Source: Saccostrea echinata (Eukaryota). From it: DNA of 64,000 nt. The notes beneath the pieces were generated by a model. That model did not search any database. It was given only the letters and a program-made list of their open reading frames with translations, and was not told where the DNA came from. Positions 54,301-64,000 of the stretch are shown in pieces. The position numbers and the translations under genes are program-made. The first letter of the stretch is position 1; each line of letters opens with the position of its first letter. The DNA lies in the NCBI RefSeq assembly GCF_033153115.1, contig NW_026889786.1:2480001-2544000 (forward strand), written 5' to 3'.

Positions 54301-57300
54301 TACACCTCTGTCTTCAGCTTTTACCTGAAAAAAATCATCAAATCTTTTTCTTACTTAGTAGAGTTATGGCATTTATTGATAATTTCGTAATAATTATTGT
54401 AAATAAAGGAAATCACACTAATAATATTGAAGAAATAAAGATTATAAAGGATATTCTTTTGAAGTTGTTCATCTGGAAATCGACACACTCCCCCTTTTCT
54501 CTCATTGCAGGTGACTTGATAAGCTACATATCCTTTAAAGAAATGAAATGCTATATCTTGTATATCTACTTTACAGTATTAATTTCCCACAAATCACTTA
54601 CATAGAGGTGAAGAATGGTCCACGTATTATAATCGACAGTAAAATTATTGACGAGCCTCAGTTGTACTGATCCACTGGAATAAACTGTAGATGGTGAGGC
54701 TTCAACTAAAAACAGTCTCCCACCCATGCCAAAGTTTACAGAAACTGTTAAATCCACAATGCTGTTGTTACCCTGTAAATAAACATGGGGAAATTTTAAT
54801 TTTAAGGTATTTAGTTTTTCTTCTCGAATATGTTGAAAGTTGAGGAAAATTATAAAATATGCATTTTCCAGTGCACAATATGTATGTATATAGAGAGAAC
54901 ATATTTCTTAGGATCTTGACGTATATAACAACAAAATATCAACATATTTTTCACTTCAGTTATATTTGATTGCTGATAATCCTAAAAGTGAATTAATTTC
55001 TCAATGTAACATAATGTCTTTGTTTACCTGTTTATTCGGGGACCCATTGCAGAAAAAAAATATTACCAGCTTATAATAATAACAGTGGTTATGTATAGCG
55101 TTTTCAATGTTGCATCTGATCATCTTCGTATAAACACAGGAAACATTATTGTAGGCTAATCCACAAGCATGTTTCAATAAATGCTTAACTTTCTTTCGTT
55201 TTCAAAAAGAAATCAAAAGATACTGATGTTAATTTGCGAATTGTCAAACAAGAATGTAATAAAAAGTTTTAGAATACAGTTCTTTAAATCTCAGTACCTG
55301 GTCAGCATCGGCCAGTGAAACACCGTCTGGAATATTTATGTCAATATCAGTCAAACCCTCCGGTACATAGCCTGTGTAGACACTTTTCTCAAATACTGGG
55401 GGGTTATCATTTATATCCTTGACGAATAGTTTAAGGGTTGCTGTAGTCTGTGATGCATTGCTGGGAACNNNNNNNNNNNNNNNNNNNNNNNNNNNNNNNN
55501 NNNNNNNNNNNNNNNNNNNNNNNNNNNNNNNNNNNNNNNNNNNNNNNNNNNNNNNNNNNNNNNNNNNNNNNNNNNNNNNNNNNNNNNNNNNNNNNNNNNN
55601 NNNNNNNNNNNNNNNNNNNNNNNNNNNNNNNNNNNNNNNNNNNNNNNNNNNNNNNNTCTTTAAAATATGCTGATTAGAACAGATATATCACCTTGAGTGT
55701 TACACTACAAAGTCAATTCTATCTATCTATCTATCTATCTATCTTAGGAATGTCAACGAATATTCTAATATTAATTCGATGAATTGATATTCGAATATTG
55801 ATTTATGATTGGAATATTCATTTTGTTTTTATCATTATTTTTTGTATACTTGGAAGAGGAAGGATTCTTGTTTAATTGGAAAAAAGTATTTAAGTAAGTT
55901 CAATTTCGATCACCTTATTTCCATTAATTTTGAATCATTTCGGTGTTTCAGATGAAAAGTCATTCCCTTGAAATCAAACATTTTGCGATATTTTTAACAG
56001 GACTGGTAATGGATACTTGTGAACACTTATTGTATATCAGGAGGGGTTGTCTTGTACGGTACGTAGCTTGGAAATAAAATTCCGTCTTGTAAAACAATAA
56101 GAAATAGAATCGTGTGGAAGATTTTATATATCTTTCAAATTTGCCGCTGATTGTAACAGATTTATCACCTTGAGTGTTATACTACAAAGTCCGTTTTCCC
56201 TGTTGAATAGTCCAGAGTCCCTGTCTAATGGTTTATGCGTGTATATTCCACCAGACACAGCATCTATCCTTACATAAGAGGCACATTCTCCTGGAAACAA
56301 TATATGTAAAACAGTGCAAACAAAGGACAGCAATGATCCAATTTTTTTGTTGAATAGACATGGAGAGACACCCACTCTTGATAAAAATATTCTAATTATT
56401 TCATATTAAAGCATGAAAAATGGTACTTTGATAAAGTAGAATAATTAGATTTCATTGTGGATCAATATTCGTGGAATTCGTGGGTATCCTACATCCACGA
56501 ATTCACATCCTCAAGGAATCAATATTTGTGGTTTAAATCGTTATCTTTCCTTTTGTAGGTAAGAGTAGATACATGAAATTACGTCCCTTCGAATATGTAA
56601 AATTTGAACAATCCACGAAAATGGCCTTTACGAATTTTAATGATTTTAATGATGATTAATGATTGTCACAGTTGATAAAAAATCTGCACGTTATGAAGAA
56701 GATTCGTGTTCAAAAATAGGAGGGAAAAAAAGGTACACTTTTTTTTCTACCCGTCGTAGTCTTTGCAAATTGTGAATTTCAGAGAAAATCTTCAATTTTA
56801 TGCAAATGTGCCGCACAGTACACCATATTAACTGTTACTAATCGAACTATCACCAAATTAGTTGCTGAGGAATTTAAAATGTAACGTAAACACTAGTGTG
56901 TCCTCATCTTCCCTCTTGACGAGAATTGATAGTTGATATCAGAACAGTGTCGCGTAAAATGACCGATTAAACAAATACATTGAGTGTGTGTATTTAAAAT
57001 CAAACAATTTTTTGTCATTTTGTAACTCAAGTTGTTTTTAATTAGAAGAAACGACTGTTACCAAAGTGTCAACGAGTTACGGGTTATCGTTAAAGAATAT
57101 CCTTTTATCGTGAATAATTTTGCTTCTAACATATATTTTTCTTTATGATTATAGACTGAGAATTGTTTTTTTGATATTACTGCTTATATTGGTTCCATTG
57201 TTATATATATGTGTAATTTCTTTCATAGCAGCACATACTCGTAGATATTTTTTGTTAGAAAACCTGTGATTGTGATGCACAGTGAAAAAATAACTCTCGG

Positions 57301-60300
57301 TCAAATACAGTGAAATCTGTTGATGTGTAATTGTTGTGCATTTTACTATTGCTTTATCTTACTTACAATAAATTTAATGAATTTGTCAAAAAAGACTTTA
57401 CTTTGATTCTTTGCAAATCTTGATCTCAAAACAGAACTAGATATCATTGAGATGGTGGCCATCTCAAAGTGAAGGGCCCCGCTTTCAGCAACGAACATGA
57501 AAATGTAAGGTAGCTGAAAAGGGTTTATTTTGAAGAGGAACATTTGTGTACTATTAAGGGATGTGTTGTTTGAGTCTAAAGGGCTTCTGTGTCACCTTTG
57601 TTATAATAAACAAAAGGCCCAAGAGCCTTAACGGTCACCTGAGTACAACAATTTAGAGGATCCATAAACTGATAAATGAAGCTTTGTTGCCCAATAGCAA
57701 GAAAAATAGTACGATTATGATCAACAAAATAACTGGTCTAGTATCTTTCTATCTGTCCCCCATTTATCGTTATTACCATGCAGACTTTTAACAAAATGTC
57801 TATATTATTACCTCTCACATTGGCCTCACTTGGCCTTTGAAGAACATTTAAGAAGATAAGTTATTTTTGTTTCATTTTTATTCATCTATTATTTCCAAGT
57901 CTACCTGATTATTAAAACTATGAAAGTACTTTTTGTATTATACAATAAATGTTCTTGCATAATTCTCTTATTCTATTAACCTTTCAAATACATTATCTAC
58001 AGTGATTAATTATCAAAAGTGAATGGCAAAGGGGAATAACTTCACTCAATAGAATACAAATTAATAGAGCCCTGGCCAGGACCAGAACATTTGACTAAAT
58101 GGTCCAGATGTTCAAAAATCTGGTAAAAATACCCTTGCTTATTAAAACTTTTACTCTGTTTGCTTCCAATATGCTCAGGAGCAGAGGAGATTTTCGAAGA
58201 AATAATGGATTTTCACTATTTAACACAGCCCTACCCTAACACCAGAACCCAAGACTTTGGGTCATGAAAATTTACAAATTTGGAAGAGGTACCCTCATCA
58301 TCATAACTATATAACTATGCAATTAGTTGAAGATTTTCAAAGAACTCAAACATTTTCAATGTATACCCAAATACAACCCCCCCTTCAGAGAAACAACAGA
58401 ACCCCTGGGACCACAAGATTGAAAAAATTTTGTAAAAACATCATTGCTCATCATAACTATACACTTGTTTCTTTGCTTTTTAACCAGGAGTAAAAAAATA
58501 TATTGAAAGAAATTATGAATTTTCACTATATAATCTATAACCATCCCCCCTTCACCAGAACCCCTGACCCAGGGGCCATGAAATTCACAGTTTTGGAAGA
58601 GGCAGCCATGCTCATTATAACAATGTACTTAGCTAGTTTATTTAATACCCAGGAGCAGAAAAGAAGATTTTCAAAGATTTAATGCATTTTCACTATATAA
58701 ACAACAAAACCCCGCCCTAACGCCAGAACCCTTGACCCAGGGGCCATGAAATTCACAATTTTGGAAGAGGCAGCCATGCTCATTATAACTATGCACTTAG
58801 TTTATTTCATACTCAGGCAGAGGAGAAGATATTCAATGATTTAAAGCATTTTCACTATATAATCAATAGAGCCCCGCCCTAACACCAGAACCCCTGACCC
58901 AGGGGCCATGAAATTCACAATTTTGGAAGAGGCAGCTATGCTCATCATAAATATGTACTTAGTTTATTGAATATCCAGGAGCAGAGAAGAAGATTTTCAA
59001 AGATATAATGCATTTTCACTATATAATCAATGGAGCCCCGCCCTAACATCAGAGCCCTTGACCCAGGGGCCATGAAATTCACAATTTTGGAAGAGGCAGC
59101 CATGCTCATTATAACTATATACTTAGTTTATTTCATACCCAGGAGCAGAGAAGAAGATTTTCAACGATATAATGCATTTTCACTATATAATCAATAGAGC
59201 CCCGCCCTAACACCAGAACCCCTGACCCAGGGGCCATGAAATTCACAATTTTAGAAGAGGCAGCCATGCTCAACATAACTATGTACCTAGTTAGTTTATC
59301 TAATACCCATGAGCAGAAAAGAAGATTTTCAAAGAAATAATGCACTTTCACTATATGATCTATATAGCCCCACCCTAGCACCAGAACCCCTGAACCTGGG
59401 GCCATGAATTTCACAATTTTGGTAGAGGACACAATGCTTATTACAATCATGCCGACAGTTTGACTGCTTGATGTCCAGGAGTAAGAAGATTTTTAAAGAT
59501 TACATTAATTTTGGTGGTTTTAGCCCCACCCCTCAGGCCCAAGGGGGGGGGGGAAGGGACCATGAAATTCACAATTTTTGCCCCCCTTCACCCATAGATG
59601 CTATATGCTAAAATTGGTTGAGCGGTTTCAGAGAAGAAGCTGAAAATGTTTAAATGTTAACGCACGAAGCACGACGGACGACGACGGACAAAAACGGATA
59701 GCAATAAAAAAATAAAAATGGCACGAAAATCACGAGTGTTCCATATCCTCTATCAAAAACGGCACAAGAATCACGAATGTTGCATATCCTCTATCAAAAT
59801 ATGGAAGGAAAATCACAGATGTTCCGTACCCTAAGTCAATTGGTAAAGTTTGAGGCTGACTGGACTTAAGGGAAAGAAATTATGCACCGAACAAAGATTT
59901 TAATCAGAGAGGCTATTTTTGACCTTGATCCTTGACCTAGAAACTTCGTTCAAGGTCACATTCATTGACCAGTGGCACTCTGTGAGTGAAGTATGAGCCA
60001 CATTGGACCAAAAGGAGAGAAGATATGCTCCGGACAAGGATATTTCATATAATTCTGCTATGTCCTTAACCTTAGACCTAGAAATATGGTTCAAGGTCAC
60101 TGCACACCCTTTGCCCAAAGACACTCTGTGGGTGAAGTATGAGCCAGATTGGGCCAAGGAGAGAGAAGATATGCTTCGGACAAGAGATCTCGGACGGACA
60201 AACGGACGGAAGGACAGACTGATCACTATAGGGCGCCCGCAGAGCGGGCCCTAAATTAAGAATAAAAGCACATTGAAAAGGGTACAAACCTGCCTCTAGA

Positions 60301-63300
60301 CTATATGATATGTTGTTCTGGATTCCTAAATCACCATCTAATGCGAAAACTTTTGTGATCAGTGATCCCTATTAAAAATAAACATTAGTATTTGATGTTT
60401 ATCAGTCAGATAATAATTTGATCTAAATAAAAATTTTGAATTCACTTGTCAACTTTGAGAAATAGAAATAGTTATACCATGGGTATTCCCTCTTGTATTG
60501 AAACCATGTACGGCAATCCAATGAATATTGGTGGAGTATCTGGTACATCCAAAATTGTGATCAATAGGTCGGCAGTACTACTCAGTCTGGGATTACCTCC
60601 ATCCTTAAAACGGTTATTATGTTAATTATCAGAATTAAAGATGCATCTTGACGCACACCTATTATCTCAAGTATACTAAATGAATATCACTGCATGTATT
60701 CCATGCGCATGGAATAATTTGCATGTGTATGTATATTTGCGTACTGTATTGTTGGAGAAGCACCTTAAAATGAAATATATGGAGATAACGAACAGTAATC
60801 GAGCTCAAAAGTCCATTAAACAATACAAAATAGGAGCAGAGCAAACACGGACCTCCAAACATCAGAGGTGGGATCAGGTGCCATGGAGGAGTGAGCATCC
60901 CCTGCCGACCGGTCACACCCGCTGTGTGCTCCTTGTCATGATCGGGAAATAACGGAAAAATCCGTCGACAATTCAGTGTGTAAATAATGGCCTAACAATT
61001 AGTATGAAAAACGTCAGTCAGCATTTGACTCAATGATAAATTGTATTTGCTGACAAGGTCATTGTATCGACCATAGAACTTACGAAATGATGACTTTAAA
61101 CGAGACAGCTGATAATCTTGTTTCATCAACTTGTTTGTCAATAATTTACCTCGTTTAAGAAATTGTACATACGTAGAGCATGCTCTTGCGTATCGAATCA
61201 ACTGAGAGATATATACCCCGTATGCAGGTGATGAAGGTATATTGCTGCATAAGTAAGGGAAGTTGACGATTGAAAAGTTAAAGTCATCACGTTTATCATA
61301 AAGCTTGGTTGTTAGATTACCATTAACGTCTTTTTCAAGTAAAATATCCAAATATGAAACAGATGTGATGATTAAAACTAATTTGTAACTTTTGAGGAGA
61401 TGTTAGTTTCGAATGTGTTCACGGTAAAGATGCAGGGAATACCTTATTCTATCGTACTATTTACCGCGCTTTAGAACACATTATGTCCATTGCAGTCTTC
61501 TATGCATTGATCTTAACAAAAATTATGCATAAATTTATGCTAAATTCAATATCACAAAAATAAATTCGTCAAACCAAATAAGGTTTGTTAATTCCTTGAA
61601 ATAAGCTGAGATAAGACAAAAAATCCTTTACTGAAGTTATTCTAGCCTACAATAAACTATTTAAATTGTCTACGAGTTATTCAAGCTTTGAAAGCAATAG
61701 GAAAATTGGTTTTAGCTATATCACTTACCTTGGCAATCAATGTATACTGATAAAATGTTAATCTCTCAAAATCAAGGTGTTGATTTAGGGTGACTTGTCC
61801 ATTTAGTGGATTTATGATGAATATTTTTCCATACAGTGCAGACGCCTAGGAAAATGAGAATGGGCATTCCTTTTTATTCCCTTATTTTTTTTTAAAGAAA
61901 ATCCATTGAGTCAACCAAATTATTGTTGTATTTATTTACACTACTACGGTATAAAGAATAACACTTTTCATTTTTCAAATAAAATGATCATACCTATTGA
62001 AAAAAAAGAGGTAAATATTATTTTCAAAAATTAATTGATGCCCTCAATGGAATTTAATCATTTAAAGAATCTTTAAGTTTTTAATTTGAAATGAAATTTT
62101 GGGATAATTCTCAACAACGTATTCAATTACCTGGCCAGCAGACTGTAAATGACACAATAGCATGTTAATTATCGTTATCTTAGTAATCACTCAAAAAATG
62201 TTTTCTTATTTTTTCTTATTTATAGCAGACCAACAAATATTTCATTATTAGACTATAGAGGTAATAACCTTCATATCATAGGACACGGATCCTCCGGGTC
62301 CATTATCAGGGTCGGTAGCAGAGATAGAGATGTTAATGGGAACAGCTAAATCATGATCCTAATTAAAAGAGATGACATTTATACGGGAAAGTTTATGTTG
62401 TAGCTTAAATAATAAATAGCTAGGTAATGTTGTATGCAAGTATCAATAAATCATATATAAAATACTTATATAACAGAATCTACCTCTGGAACTTGGATAT
62501 GGTACGCTGGTTGTGAGAATTTGGGGGGTTCATCATTTACGTCATTCACAAAAAGGGTTACTTCTAAGGCGGACTACAAAGTTTAAATTCGTTTTTCATA
62601 CACACAATGATCAAAATCTTTCAACAATTGTATTTCTGTGCTAGGCCTGTAATTGCGAACAAGATCTTACCGAAGGAGCATCCTTTTCGCTGCTAGTTGC
62701 AATAAATCTTAACAGATGTAGTGATTGTGTCTGAAAAATAAATTCAATAGTTTAGACTTATTGCTTTATGACATCTTTTCTGTGTAATTTTGGATTAAGA
62801 AAATGTGTTAAACATTTAATATTGCCTCTTTCAATAGTAAATATTTAATTAAACAATAAAATGCTTTTTTGGCTGTTAGTTCGGGGATTAATGTTGCAGC
62901 TGTTTCAGAAAAAATGCATAACCCGCGTTATGTAATTTTTTCTGCAAATAAACAACCTGAACTAACAAGGACATTATATTGTTTATATTTATATCTGTAC
63001 AAATAGTAATTATAGTAGGGTTTAGTAGATGAAATATTGTATTATTGATAAGTACTTCATTGTACGTTTCATTGATGGAACAGCCACTGCTCAAGAAATC
63101 CGTAACGGTGTTTACTGACTTATAAACAGTAATGGTTTTCTTAAGGAATAAAGGACATCATATTCAGTGGATGTGTTGAATTCTTAGTTTTGGATGGATG
63201 TCGTCGTTCCTATAACAGCACAAGGCCATGCCGACAGATTGAATACCACACGTTTCAATGTTTAAATTTACATTCTCTAAATTTCCCCTTCATAATAGTT

Positions 63301-64000
63301 AATTTTGTTATTCTATTTTTAAATGAATTTACCTTTCATTAAAGGTGTGCTTAAGAGAACGTAAGAGCCGTTGTGACGTGGAAAGTGAACCGTTTTGACG
63401 TGGAAAGTTAAATAACGCAAATGAATATTTCGAAAATGACAAATTAAATTTAAATGTAAATATGTTATATTTTTATGGTAATTTAAAAGGGTAATTGTTT
63501 TTAATTAAATTGAGCAAGAACAATATACATTTTAGTATTTTAGAGATAATGCATATAGTTTCTACTGTGTATTTTACCACACAGTGTGTGTTACATGTAT
63601 ATAGGGCATTGAATGTTGCAGATTTCTAATGGATTTTATAAAGAAAATTACATCGAATGTAAATATACAATTTTGCAATTTTACACCGAATGTAAATATA
63701 CAATTTTGAAATTGACTTCAATATTTTTTCCAGTTTTTCTTATATAATTTTTGATAACTATTTCATGATTACCACGTACTGTTAAAACAAGTTAAATATT
63801 AATTATGGAAAGCAAACACCTCACATTAAACTTATCAGGAGTTCCATTCTTCAAATCACATCATACGCTAAATATTTACGAAACTGGTCAACACATGTAA
63901 ATTTACAACCTCTCTATCCAGGTTCTTTTTCAGAAAAACTCCCCAGGTACCACTTTGTGTTTGTTTGATTGTAACGATATCACTGGTTTCTCCTGTTGCT
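51066..64000 (-). CDS. Cadherin-repeat protein (at least 6 EC, Cad87A/CDHR-like) fused to a C-terminal SUEL/rhamnose-binding lectin domain, no TM segment seen (copy B; 5' end beyond window)
   Basis: Phase-consistent exons: >64000-63910 (KNLDRE), 62730-62671, 62573-62484 (DVNDEPPKF), 62358-62269 (ATDPDNG), 61845-61729 (LDFE), 60603-60478, 60368-60290, 56290-56169 (LDRD), gap-55298 (DINDNPPVF), 54772-54602, 54324-54163, 53893-gap, 53548-53296 (LDRE, DVNDNSP), 52381-52136, 51633-51543 (S/T-rich linker), 51376-51066 (lectin, stop). No stops in visible exons. AATAAA at 51014-51009. Confidence 0.85.
52812..53098 (+). mobile_element. tRNA-derived SINE with a Nin/Deu-like central domain
   Basis: A-box GTAGTGGTTAGAG, B-box GGTTCGAATCCC, core CCTTCGGATGAGACCGTAAAAACC, tail GGGACGTTAAACAGACAAACA. 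Confidence 0.75.
53583..53836. other. Assembly gap (N)
   Basis: N run that truncates the exon starting at 53893. Confidence 1.
55469..55656. other. Assembly gap (N)
   Basis: N run that hides the 5' part of the exon ending at 55298. Confidence 1.
57607..59706 (-). mobile_element. Helentron-type element with a ~165-bp tandem satellite array
   Basis: AACAAAAGGCCCAAGAGCCTTAACGGTCACCTGAG end; monomers CCAGAACCCCTGACCCAGGGGCCATGAAATTCACAATTTTGG at ~58555, 58722, 58884, 59049, 59213 and 59381; (GAC)n microsatellite near 59675. Confidence 0.85.
59715..60255 (-). mobile_element. Helentron-type element (CCTTGACC/GGTCA core repeats)
   Basis: Repeated CCTAGAAA...TTCAAGGTCAC...CACTCTGTG..GAAGTATGAGCC blocks, a (GGAC)n microsatellite, and a terminal GGGCGCCCGCAGAGCGGGCCC hairpin. 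Confidence 0.7.
60765..61366 (-). mobile_element. 5'-truncated Penelope-like retroelement (RT C-terminus plus 3' tail)
   Basis: (Y)LDILL...LTTKLYDKRDDFNFSIVNFPYLCSNIPSSPAYGVYISQLIRYARACS is a PLE RT thumb motif. The stop is at 60992 and is followed by the conserved tail GTGTGACCGGTCGGCAGGGGATGCTCACTCCTCC. Confidence 0.85.

Noticed and set aside
53555-55677. Poly-X ORFs
   Set aside because: Artefacts of N gaps
59133-60287. ORFs of 69-108 aa, some hydrophobic
   Set aside because: Translations of Helentron tandem repeats
35697-64000. A and B as one giant cadherin with alternative lectin ends
   Set aside because: A has its own signal-peptide exon, and its exons are one-to-one paralogues of B exons

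Overview
AT-rich, intron-dense animal genomic DNA. It is most likely an oyster (Ostreidae), inferred from Cg170-like satellite monomers inside Helentron elements and other bivalve-type repeats. (1) A + strand multi-exon MAST-family Ser/Thr kinase gene (DUF1908, AGC kinase, PDZ) occupies ~3805-32816. Its 5' start was not located, and there is a candidate alternative first exon at 16803-16947. (2) Two tandem - strand genes point towards MAST. Each is a run of cadherin (EC) repeats ending in a SUEL/rhamnose-binding (Gal_Lectin) domain instead of a transmembrane and cytoplasmic tail. Copy B (51066 to beyond 64000) is open in all visible exons, although two N-gaps hide parts of it. Copy A (35697-47463) is a pseudogene with 3 in-frame stops, 2 frameshifts, a dead acceptor and missing exons. 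The two lectin exons are ~85% identical, while the cadherin exons are far more diverged and the lectin is joined at different EC positions, which suggests recent exon shuffling or conversion. Introns hold many non-autonomous TEs: Helentrons with satellites, a Helitron, Kolobok-, mariner-, CACTA-, hAT- and Crypton-like elements, a Nin/Deu SINE, a Penelope-like RT fragment and a tRNA-LTR TRIM. All exon models were derived by hand from splice signals and phase, with no database search.
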